Source of the DNA: Macrostomum lignano
Lineage: Eukaryota
NCBI GenBank assembly: GCA_002269645.1
Contig: NIVC01002096.1
Location: forward strand, 20,684 to 84,683
Reading direction: 5' to 3'
DNA length: 64,000 bases
Shown piece after piece: positions 41,609-64,000 of the stretch. A program made the position numbers and the translations under genes. The notes below the pieces were generated by a model that was not told the DNA's origin, searched no databases, and saw only the letters and a list, made by a program, of their open reading frames with translations. Position 1 is the first letter of the stretch. Every line of letters begins with the position of its first letter.

Positions 41609-44600
41609 ATGGCTGATGTTCTTTCAATAATTCGAGACTACACTATAAAAAATAAAGAAATAGTAGAAAAGGATGATGAAGTTATCTTTGGAGACTTTGC
41701 CTATCCTAAGAGTACAAAGACTAATTACATTATATGGGGGTAAGTAAATTTAGTATGTTTGTATTTAAATTCAGTATATTAGATGGTAGTATGTAATCTT
41801 TATTCCCATTTAAGTTGAGTATAACCATAAGGACTCCAGCCCAGTGAGATTTTGATAGTTATTTTATTAGTACTTTTTAACTGTATTTGATAAAATTTAT
41901 TTGCCTGCTTTTGAAATTTGTCAAGTAAAAAAAGTTATAAATCTTTTTACAATAATTGTATTTGTATGTTACCATTTTCATTGATAATGTTTTCAATGAT
42001 TTTGAAAAGTAGACCTATTTATATTTTGGCAATTTTGCCTAGTAGTATTATTACTATTAAGTAGGTTACTATTACTACTATTTTGGCTTAATAAGTAGTA
42101 TTGTATAAACAAGCAATTGTTATTTATTATTATGTCTATGATAACTATTTAAACAATATATATATGCAATCCTGATTTATACTGACTATTTCTATATGAC
42201 TTACTTTTTGAGTTTGACCAAAAATGTCATTTATATATGAAAAAACCCTAAAACAAAATTAATACAATTTTGGATAAATAGCAAAAATTATTAAGGCTTA
42301 TTATAATACCTATGGCGAAATCCAAAAACATGGGATAAAATGGTAAAACAAATCTGCGGACATTTGATGGAAAGTAATGTATCTAAAAAAGGTTTTTGAA
42401 AGATAGATAGGTCTTTAGAAAATAGTTCTGGATAAAAACTATTGTTTTCATGCTTTATATTGTTGAATAAATAAGAAAAAACCACAAAAAATCATTTTGA
42501 AAGTCCAAGTTGACCGATTTGCAATTTTTTGTTTCACTTTTTTTCATTATTAAACAATTAATTTTAAGACTTGTAGGCCTTAGAGCCCTATTGCAGCCAA
42601 TGGCCATTTTCGTGGACGGCGTCCGGCGCGGATTGGCCTGGCGGCAGCGCGGCGCATGGTGGCGGCGCGCGGTGGTGTGGCGTGTGGCGGCGGTGTGGCA
42701 GGTGCTTCGGCGACTGGTGGCAACAAAGGGCCGGGTCAACGTCGATTGATGCGAGCCATTGACTGATTAATTGAACCAAATCACTGATCCTGGGGACTGG
42801 CCCTGGCGCGGTACGGGTAGATGTCTGGCGCGGGAAAGGGGGGCGTCTGGCGCGGTTCAGACCTTGGCTGCAATAGGGCCTTAGAGAAGGCTAATTTTTT
42901 ACTACTTACAAAACAGAAAGTAATCTGTGTTTTACTTTTTATTCAATTCAAAAAGATGAAGTATTTCTACGGATTTCAAAGTTTTTCTAAAACCATATAA
43001 ACTTGCAAAAATTCATACTAATATAAAGTGCAAAGTTTGCCAGCAAACATCTTTCTCTAAAAGTAAATATATCACTAATTCCTTGTTGCAAAATAATATT
43101 TAAGTTGTTTTCTTTCATTTGAATATTAACTTGCATAGTATTAGTATTTGTAATATGCCTATATTTAGACTTAAAAATTTTGGGTAAAAAATGGTACCAC
43201 AAAATGTGAACCCGGCATCCAAATCAGATGCTTACTGTATGCTCATTAAGTGACAAAGAACAATGAAATTACACTAAAACATGTATCATTGCGGTGTATA
43301 TGCAGGAAAAAAAGAATTTTCCAAATCGCTTTAGTAGAAGCTGAGTAAAATGCAATTTTCCAATCCTTATAGGAATTCCAATGTGTTACCCGGCTTCCAA
43401 ATCGGATGCTTACTGTATGCTCATTAAGCGACGAAGAACAATGAAATTACACTAAAACATGTATCATCGCGGCGTGTATGCAGGAAAAAAAGAATTTTCC
43501 AAATCACTTTAGTAGAAGCTAAGTAAAATGCAATTTTCCGATCCTTTCGGGAATTCCAATGTGTTACCCAGCTTCCAAATCAGATGTTTACTGTATGCTC
43601 ATTAAGCGACGAAGAACAATGAAATTACACTAAAACATGTATCATTGCAGCGTGTATGCAGGAAAAAAAGAATTTTCCAAATCGCTTTAGTAGAAGCTGA
43701 GTAAAATGCAATTTTCCGATCCTTACGGGAATTTGTATGTTTAAATAATAAACTTACGTTGAACACAATTTATTGCAAACGAACTCTACAAAATACACGT
43801 TGTCAAGAGTAACGAAAGTGATAAACAAATAAACCCTTGAAAATAATGTTAAATATGTTGTAGAATTATAGAGTGTAACATTATAAAATAGTTAAAGTTA
43901 TTAAAATACATTATTATAGCTTTTCTATCATTTTTATTAGACTCATTTTAGGTCGTAATTAAACTTACTATTTTAACAAATCATTTTATTAAAAATAAAG
44001 CTATACAAAAATAATTTGTGCTTTAATAGACTTTTTTACCTTTTAAAAACTTGAATAAATTTATTTTATAGCTTTATTGCTTTCAAATTGCCAAATAACG
44101 AATTTTCATAAAACTTGCCCCCAATTTTTGGATTTCACCCTATATATTTACATTCCTAAGAACCTAAAAGCCAATTTATGTCTAATTACACTTAAACAAT
44201 TTTTACCAAAATGTTTTTGCAACTTTTAGTTCAATGCCTTAAATGTCCTAACATTTAGTAACTTTACTTGATATATAACTTTCTTGTAAGGATGTTATTG
44301 CAAAATTAATGTTAGATTGATTGACATAATTTGTTTTTAAATATAGGCAAAACATTTTAGTAATTTTAAGTATCTAAAGCTTTATTTTAAAATTGGGACA
44401 CACATTAATATATGTAACTAATATTTAGGACTTAGAGACAAAAGAAACAACAAAGTGCAGCAACAAAAATATCGAATGCATTATTTAAGCTTTTTTTAAT
44501 TTTAGTCCAGATGCACTTCAAGCACAATTTTGCTTAATATAAATATCAACTAGGAGTGCTCGCAATGTCAATTAAAAACAAGGGATATATTATGTATTGT

Positions 44601-47600
44601 TGTTGCCAAGATAGGCATAGAAATAGAAAAAGGCAAATAACTTATTTTTTGTTTATCATATCTTTAATTGAACTATAAAAATGAAAACTTTTAGATAAAA
44701 AAATCTCTTAGATGCATGTAAAGATAGCTAAAATATAGTCTGCATTGAAAATCTTTGTTAAACAGAACACTCATTTATTTGAATCATTTGTCTGAATATC
44801 TATTGGAAATCACTATATCAAAAATGAATTCAAAAGACATAAAATGTAGCATTTTGTTTTTTAATATGCTTTCATATTTTAAAAGTTTTATTTCTTTTAT
44901 GTTTTTAATTTGTTTAGGTTTCTTGATTTTTTCATATTCAAAAGTACATTCAAAATACTTGGAAATATTTCTAAAAAAAGTAAGACATTTTTTGGATTTA
45001 GATTGGATTTGGATTTGGATTTAGAAACATGTTTGAACCAATTTTCAAATAGCTTAGAACACCACTTTTTGTATGCCAAATATAATTCTTTTAGATTCAA
45101 GTATGCACCCCAATGAGGACCAGAAAATTCTAGCATAGATGACACTTTCCTGACTATTTTATATTAATAGCAAGATGGTTATTTTTATGGTTAATATATA
45201 AAACAAATAATATCTTAATTAAATAACAAACTTATAGTGCAAATAATAGGAGGTTGTTAAGTAAAAAATGAAGAAATACATTCTTGATATTATGGTAATT
45301 TAGTGGTTCTCATTATCAACTTTAACAAGCTTACATAAGTTAATGCTATCTAAATATACTAAATCTCTAAGGTTTATATGTTTGAATGAATCAATATACT
45401 AAAAATGTTTTATCTGTCTATTAAATGTGATCAATTAATGCAATTGTTAACTATTAATATAAATAAGTTTTATAGTGTCCAGATAGTGTCTTATGACTTG
45501 ACAGTAAAAATAAACATAATAAAAGTAATAGCTTTTCACTGCCAGACTTTTGACAGAGAGTCAAATTTTGGCAGTCTAAAGTCAGTAACCCAGTATGTCT
45601 ATAAGCAATAATCCTTACCTTTTTTATTTACATTGATTCCTATATCCCATTTGCTATTTCTATCTATTTTCTAGGGTCTTAGTCTATATACCTATGTATC
45701 TAAGATCTATATATCCCATTTCTTTTATATTTATCTAGAATCCTATTGGTTTAGATTTTGTGCCTTATCCCACTATTCTAAGTCAGGATTTCAACTTCAA
45801 ACTAGTTTATCATTTAATATATAATTTAGTATACATTGTGTTAGTATATATCAATAAAGCCATAGTAGAGCTGATATTAATATATTCTGGTTTAAGTATA
45901 GACATTTCAGGTTTTATAATTTAAGTAATCAAGTTTCATGTCTCTGCCTTTCTAAGCTTTCAATTATATTGCTACCAATGAGAAAAATCAAAACTAGATT
46001 TTCATTTTCATTTTTAAAAGGTTCTGTTAAAAATAATCTTTTAATATTAATTAAAAAATCAGTTTTAAGCTGTCTCTATTTGGTCTATTGGCATTGTGTC
46101 TGTTTATTTTGAGAATAAAATTGTTTATTTCACTTAGGGTTTACATCTCTCTTTTGCAATTTTTAAAGCAACTATCTAAAATTTATATAAAAATAATTGA
46201 TAATAAAAAAACTTGACAAAGGCATGAGCATTTGCTTGAGTTAGTCAGTGAGTAAGTCACTTATTCCAGACGGTCAAACAAAAGTAATTAGCCCATTGCC
46301 TTGGCAATAAATAATTGGCTAAATTGTAATAGAAGCACATGTCAGACTTTGCATATTTTTTGGTGAGAGAGAGGTAGGTAGAGAGAGAGAGAAGAGAAGA
46401 GAGGTCATTGCATTTTATAAATTTAGTATATATACCACCAGTTTCAAGCCTTTGGGCTCTTTGTCAGGCCAAAAATTAGTGTGTAATGCAATGCAAGTTA
46501 GTCTCTCAAGTATTCTTTTTCTCAGTATGATAAAATGGATGAGCAGCTGTACATATGTGGGATGTACATTTAAAACACTGTTCAGTCTGGCTCTACCTTG
46601 TCCCAGAGGTTTTCAACCAGTCAGTTTAAGTGAATTTTATTTGTTAGAGAGGAGAGAGAGAGAGAGAGAAAAGGAGCTATTACATTTGTCTTATGTATAC
46701 ACCAATTCATAAACATAGGTCATGGTTTTGGCAACTTTTTTATATACAATAAAAAAAGTCGAATTTATATTAATTGAACAAAATGCTGCACCATCTCCAC
46801 ACCCAACTGACCAGTACCAACCGGCCAGACAGCAGCAAGGACTACTACACTCTAGAGTGCATTCTCTACCTGCTCCGCAATGTCCGGCACAACCATGCCC
46901 AGTATGTGCGCACAGCCGCAGCCGCCGGTGTGCCAGTTGTTCGTCTGCCCGACCGCCGAGACCTGCTCAACTATCTCACTGGCAAGTCGGCCACTTCGGA
47001 CAAGATTGATCGATCAGCTCCGCTGGACATGTCGGCGCAGAGGCCCGTGGCTGCAGCGGCAGCAGCTGGTGCGTCTAGTATGGAACCGTCTGTTCCCTCT
47101 GCTGCCGCCGCCGTCTCCACTGATGCCTCTGCCGCTCTGTCAACAGTGGATCTTGACGCCGTCAGATCTGCAGACACTGCCGATGTCTCGTCGTCGGCCG
47201 TCTCCGCCGATCACAGCGACTCGCATTCGTTGGCTAAACGGGCCAGAATCGATTTAGATTCGAGTGGTGCCAATGATGCTACTAATAGTAATAGCGGAAT
47301 TGTTGCGCAATCGTCTACTACGGCTGCAACTGATGCTTCCGGACTGCAGGCTGGCTCAGCTGCCCCGGCTCAGACGGCGGTTAGCGAAGCTGATCAGCTG
47401 GCAGCTGTGCAGCGGTCGATGAAGGAGCGAGAGAGATTAGCGGCTAAACTGGTTGACGAGACTGGCGCTGCTAGGCCTGCAGTGCTGCCGGAGAGATTCG
47501 AAGGATCAACGCTTAGTCAGGTATAAATATGTTATTGTTGCCCTCATTATCTAATTATCTTTTTTGCCGTCATTTTCTAATCATCAGTAATTTCCCTCAT

Positions 47601-50600
47601 TATCTAATCATTATTAATCGCCCTTCATATCTAATTATCATGAATTGCCCTCATTATCTAATCTTTTTGCCGGCATTATCTAATTATCATCAATAGCCCT
47701 CATTATCTAATCATCTTTAATTGCCCTCTTCTAATGATCATTAATTACCCTTATTATCTAATCGTCATTAATTTCCGTCATTATCTAATCATTATTAATC
47801 GCCCTTCATATCTAATTATCATGAATTGCCCTCATTATCTAATCATCTTTTTTGCCTTCATTATGTAATGATCATTAATTGCTCTGATTATATAATTATC
47901 ATTAAATGCCCTGATAATCTAATCATCTTTATTGCCGTCATAATCTAATTATTATCAATTGCCCTAATTATCTAATCATGATTAATCGCCCTCACTGTCC
48001 CAACTCGCGAATCTCCAGGTGATGACAATCGAGAAAATCCACGCTCTCCGAGCGAAGCGCCGAGTGAAAATTCGTGACAGCATCAAACCGGACGAGAGCG
48101 GCGGCGCCCTAGCTGGCGCCGATTCTGGCGCCATCGGGGCCAGCTTTTTCAGCGAAGATCTCAGCCTGTTACGCGATCTCGTGTCGCGCGAGCGACTGCA
48201 TCGCGATAGGAATTCCTGTCTGCAGGCGGCAACGAGAAACTTTGCCGACTCTGTGCTCAATGGCGTGCTGCGGGCCGTGCGAGCGCGCGAGGAGGGCGCC
48301 AATGCCATTGCTAACTCGTCCGCTGTGACTGCTTCTGGAGGTGTAAGTCTGTCTGAGCGGCGTTGAGGTCATAGCTTGACTTGATTTGATAGATTAGGTT
48401 TACGGGCCAGCCTCCCAGATCCTCAGTTGCCTGGCCAGCCTCCCAGAGTGTCAGTTTCTGGGCCAGTCTCCCAGATCCTCAGTTGCTGGGCCAGCCTCCC
48501 AGATCCTCAGTTGCTGGGCCAGCCTCCCAGATCCTCAGTTGCTGGGCCAGCCTCCCAGATCCTCGGTTGCCTGGCCAGCCTCCCAGATCCTCAGTTGCCT
48601 GGCCAGCCTCCCAGATCCTCAGTTGCCTGGCCAGCCTCCCAGCTCCTCAGTTGCTGGGCCAGCCTCCCAGCTCCTCAGTTGCTGGACCAGCCTCCCAGAT
48701 CCTCAGTTGCTGGGCCAGCCTCCCAGATCCTCGGTTGCCTGGCCAGCCTCCCAGCTCCTCAGTTGCTGGGCCAGCCTCCCAAATCCTCAGTTGCTGGGCC
48801 AGCCTCCCAAATCCTCAGTTGCTGGGCCAGCCTCCCAAATCCTCAGTTGCTGGGCCAGCCTCCCAAATCCCTAGTTTCGAGTGCAGTATCTCTCCGATCA
48901 GACCCTTAAACTAACGAATTTCTCCTGCTCCAAACCTGCCGCGTCATCACCAGCATTCGCGCCAGTCGGTGGGTTCGAATCCCGCGCACCAGCAGCGGCC
49001 AACGCAGCACCTGGCCTACAGTCGGTACGATCAGGAGAAATTCGCTAATCGAGACGAGGCAGCGGATTTTTTTAAAATCGACACTGTCGGAGGCTGGGGC
49101 ATCGACATGTTGGGCAGGGGACCGGCAGGTCCAGGCGGCGATTCCAGCGCCGTCAAAGGCGGACCCGGCGGCGCCGCGAGGCCCTCAGATCCCAGGCGGA
49201 TGCAGCAGCAAAGGCAAAGCTTTGGTGAGGGATATTTATACTTACCAATATTCTTTTATCCGCAACTATCTTATCTGGCTGAGAGCTCCTCCATTGGTTG
49301 GGTCGAACTCTGCTGGGAATCTCACTGTGAGATCACCTTCTCTGCTGGGAATCTCACTGTGAGATCATATTCTCTGCTGGGAATCTCACTGTGAGATCAT
49401 CTTCTCTGTTAAGAATCTCACTGTGAGATGATATTCTCTGCTGGGAATCTCACTGTGAGATCATCTCTGCTTGAAATCTCACTGTGAGAACATCTTCTCT
49501 GCTGGGAATCTCACTGTGAGATCACCTTCTCTGCTGGGAATCTCACTGTGAGAACATCTTTTCTGCTGGGAATCTCACTGTAAGATCACATTCTCTGTTG
49601 GGAATCTCACTGTGAGAACATCTTCTCTGCTGAGAATCTCACTGTGAGACCGGCTTCTCTGCTGGGAATCTCACTGTGAGATCATCTTCTCTGCTGGGAA
49701 TCTCACTGTGAGATCATCTTCTCTTTTGGGAATCTCACTCTAAGACTCTTCTCTGTTAGGAATCTTACTGTGAGAACATCTCTGCCGGGAATCTCACTGT
49801 GAGATCACTTTCTCTGCTGGGAATCTCACTTTTAATCCAACTTCGTAGTCGAGAGTTTCGTCATGAGACTTTATGTGATAAGGTAGAATATCATATTTTA
49901 GAAGCAACCCCACGTGCGTCACAAGCATCATAATTATTCTATTCAGTGTCTAGGGCTGTAGGGGTTGTAGCGTAGCGGTTAGACCGTCGCATTCCCAACT
50001 AAAAGGTCGGGGGTTTGATTCCTGATACTACTGGAACAATTTGTGTCTTTGAGCAAGACACTTCAATTCTACATTGCTTCAGTTCACCCAGCTGTAAAAT
50101 GGGTGCCAGCATTAGCTGGGGTAATTGAGGGTGTGGGTGACGACCCCCCCCCCCCCCAGTCCTTGGACTGAACAGCCGTACGCAGCCTTCAGATGCGCCG
50201 CGCAATAGCTGCGGCTGAGCTGTCGGCTGCACATCTGGCCTAATTGGGGCAGGTGTAATCAGTTAATTAATCAGATTCAGTGTCTGCAATGTACTACTCA
50301 CAATAGGACTCGAATATATGCACCGAGCTTTACCTGTTCCTGTTCACCCCGCAGGCTCCGGCACCCCCCGGACGCCAGTGCCAGCTTCGCCGCTAGTTGG
50401 CAACTCGTCGACGAATTCAACACCGTCCAGTCAGCAGAAGCGCACAAGCCGAACTCCTATTATAATCATACCGGCCACCGCTAGCCTCATCTCTATGCTC
50501 AACGCTAAAGACATCCTGCTAGAGAAACGATTTGTTTCTATCGAAGATAAACGCGCGGCGGGCGCTCGCCGAGAAAACGAAGCACTGATTCAACGAATGC

Positions 50601-50944
50601 GCCCGGACGGCACTACAACGGTGCCGTTTCGCGTTGTTGACCAGCCGCAGAAGCTCACAGCGGACGAGTGGTCGCGGGTTGTAGCCGTGTTCGTCCAGGG
50701 CCCGGCCTGGCAGTTCAAGAACTGGCCAATCGGCGGGGGCATTCCCGTGGACATTTTTGCCAGAGTGAAAGCTTTCCATTTGAAGTTTGCCGACATGCCA
50801 ACTGATGCGAATGTGCTGCAGTGGAATGTCACAGTGCTGCAGTTGGATCGGCACAAGCGGCATCTGGACAGAGCGGTGCTGCAGCAGTTCTGGGATGAAT
50901 TGGATCTGTTTATGCGGAAGCACAAGACTCATTTGAGGTTTTAA
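41609..50944 (+). CDS. CDC73: parafibromin / Paf1 complex subunit CDC73, 5 exons, 673 aa
   Basis: Exons 41609-41739, 46815-47520, 48019-48342, 48954-49224, 50355-50944; total 2022 nt, phases 2,0,0,1. N-terminus [43 protein letters not shown], and the C-terminal domain [12 protein letters not shown]...[17 protein letters not shown]...FWDELD match CDC73. Confidence 0.97.
42585..42879. mobile_element. 295-bp MITE with perfect 16-bp TIRs in CDC73 intron 1
   Basis: GCCCTATTGCAGCCAA (42585-42600) and TTGGCTGCAATAGGGC (42864-42879); CTTAGA flanks both ends (42579-42584, 42880-42885); GC-rich body in AT-rich intron. Confidence 0.88.
43203..43733 (+). repeat. about 178-bp tandem repeat, 3 copies
   Basis: Unit starts near 43203, 43380 and 43558. 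Confidence 0.92.
47540..47990 (+). repeat. degenerate minisatellite of about 27 bp (CATTATCTAATCATCATTAATTGCCCT) filling CDC73 intron 2
   Basis: Recurrent ATTATCTAAT motif throughout the intron. Confidence 0.85.
48405..48872 (+). repeat. 28-bp minisatellite (GCCAGCCTCCCAGATCCTCAGTTGCTGG) in CDC73 intron 3
   Basis: Direct reading; explains three overlapping repetitive ORFs. Confidence 0.95.
49308..49830 (+). repeat. minisatellite of about 31 bp with palindromic core ATCTCACTGTGAGAT in CDC73 intron 4
   Basis: Direct reading; 7-bp inverted arms around a single T. Confidence 0.92.
49961..50340 (+). mobile_element. tRNA-derived SINE with CORE domain
   Basis: A-box-like TAGCGTAGCGG (49968), B-box-like GGTTTGATTCC (50012), then TTGAGCAAGACACTT...GCTTCAGTTCACCCAGCTGTAAAATGGG (about 50049-50103), which resembles the MIR CORE consensus as recalled. 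The 3' boundary is approximate. Confidence 0.8.
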
Positions 50945-51469
50945 TCTGTATTGACAAAACTATATATCTGTATTGATAGTTACTGTTCAAGCCTTAGTTA
51001 ATCCTTTTATGACAGAGGGGGGTGTCTCACCGTGTTTGCCAGCTGCATTCAACTATTGATTAAATAATCCAACTAATCATTTTCGCTATTTTATATTAAC
51101 TACTGATATCCATGCTCTCTTATTAGTAGTCTATATGCAGGTTATATGAAAAGGTTTCGTTTTAAATACTCGTAAAATAATACAGACAGACTGTCTTGTC
51201 ATGTTTTGTAAATAAATTCATTCGCTAATATTATATATTATGTTATTAATGCAGAAAAATTAAATAAACCACAACACATACTACTGTTGCTAACTACCCG
51301 CCAGTTTAATTCTATGCGACCATAATACAAGCTTTGTGCGAGTGTTTTGTTCTGCAATTTGTGTAAATCTATATGCTTTGTTTATTGACTTGATATTCAT
51401 TTTTAGTTCAGTAAGTTGATTTCAAATTTAAAACCAATTTTAATTTTAACCATCTTACTACACGTGTAT

Positions 51470-51810
51470 CTCCGCAATTCCCCCGTGTGCCTTGGCACCT
51501 CCGCAATTCCCCCGTGTGCCTTGGCACCTCAGCAATTCCCCCATGTGCCTTGACACCTCCGCAATTCCCCCGTGTGCCTTGGCACCTCAGCAATTCCCCC
51601 ATGTGCCTTGACATCTCAGCAATTCCCCCGTGTGCCTTGGCACCTTAGCAATTCCCCCGTGTGCCTTGGAATCTCAGCCATCCCCTCGTGAGCCTTGGAA
51701 TCTCAGCAATCCCCCCGTGAGCCTTGGAATCTCAGCAATCCCCCCGTGAGCCTTGGAATCTCAGCAATCCCCCCGTGAGCCTTGGAATCTCAGCAATTCC
51801 CCCGTGAGCC
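51470..51810 (+). repeat. 29-bp minisatellite (CTCAGCAATTCCCCCGTGTGCCTTGGCAC) between CDC73 and the dynein gene
   Basis: Direct reading; about 11 copies in two variants. Confidence 0.92.
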
Positions 51811-52008
51811 GAAAAGAAAGCAACTTACAACTCGACTTGTGTTTGTCTCCGCAGCTTCTAAACAAACTGCCTACAAGTCAGCGAATGACATTGCATGCAT
51901 GCTGCCACCAGCTCAAAAAGACTTTACAGAAACAGCTATTCGACGAAAGATAATATGATCGCATTAAGAAGAGGCGCAGGCAGAGAGAGATCGTCTTGTT
52001 TAATCTAC

Positions 52009-52022
52009 GTTGCTATAGTGAC
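52009..52022 (+). promoter_or_regulatory. RFX X-box upstream of the dynein heavy chain gene
   Basis: GTTGCTATAGTGAC fits the RYYNYYWWRRNRAC X-box consensus exactly, about 360 bp before the ATG of a motile-cilia gene; forkhead-type TAAACAAA at 51859-51866. Confidence 0.6.
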
Positions 52023-52380
52023 AACAGGTAAAGACGGCAGATCTTACTGACTGAAGTTAAGTAGCTTGAAAAGCAGCATATTGAAACGTTTCTAATGTAT
52101 GTAACGCGTGTTCAATGCGCATAGGCTGGTGTTATCTACTCGTATAGAAGCTTAATAGGACCGGGGGTTTGGTGTTAGCGATAATGCATCACCTAAGCAA
52201 CGGGGCTTCTATGCTGCCAATACCCGTAGTTAAGGCAACTCCTAGCCCTACTAAAATGCCAGCAACTTTGAGTTCTTGCATGGTGTTAAAGCTCGAAAAA
52301 AAGCTTTTTCTGGAGTTTAATTTTTTGAAAGTTAAATCAAGTTACAAAAGAAGAGTTCTTTAATATTTATTTTCAAGCCC

Positions 52381-64000
<11,620 letters not shown>

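Noticed and set aside
34230-46760. Contaminant or chimeric join explaining the AT-rich block
   Set aside because: CDC73 exon 1 inside the block joins exon 2 outside it in the correct phase and peptide context; not formally excluded without reads.
49308-49830. V(D)J recombination signal or Transib-end array (CACTGTG heptamer in most units)
   Set aside because: No nonamer at 12/23-bp spacing and no transposase; a 7-bp match amplified by tandem duplication.
49961-50035. tRNA gene
   Set aside because: No complete cloverleaf or poly-T terminator, and it continues into a CORE domain, so it is a SINE head.

Overview
Eukaryotic (metazoan) genomic DNA with spliceosomal introns; no prokaryotic features and no CRISPR. 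The layout (GC-rich exons, nearly every intron filled by its own minisatellite) suggests a flatworm such as Macrostomum, but that is inference only. Six genes could be assembled by hand with consistent splice phases: (1) an unrecognised 217-aa type I membrane protein (5 exons, minus, 19351-23874); (2) a GPI-anchored Ly6/three-finger (quiver/sleepless-like) gene (plus, 25466-26561); (3) glomulin/GLMN (minus, 28464-32713); (4) BRX1/BRIX1 (minus, 33185-34213); (5) CDC73/parafibromin (plus, 41609-50944); (6) the 5' part of an axonemal outer-arm dynein heavy chain of the DNAH5/DNAH8 type (plus, 52381 to window end), with four frameshifts in its last 3 kb. Between the divergent BRX1 and CDC73 genes lies a 4364-bp element (36839-41202) with 32-bp terminal inverted repeats and a perfect 9-bp target-site duplication. 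It carries non-LTR retrotransposon fragments and a 197-bp satellite array. The window also holds a CORE-type SINE, MITE-like elements and about 30 tandem arrays. Most long ORFs in the supplied track are repeat artefacts. Positions 1-19 kb contain no gene I could identify.
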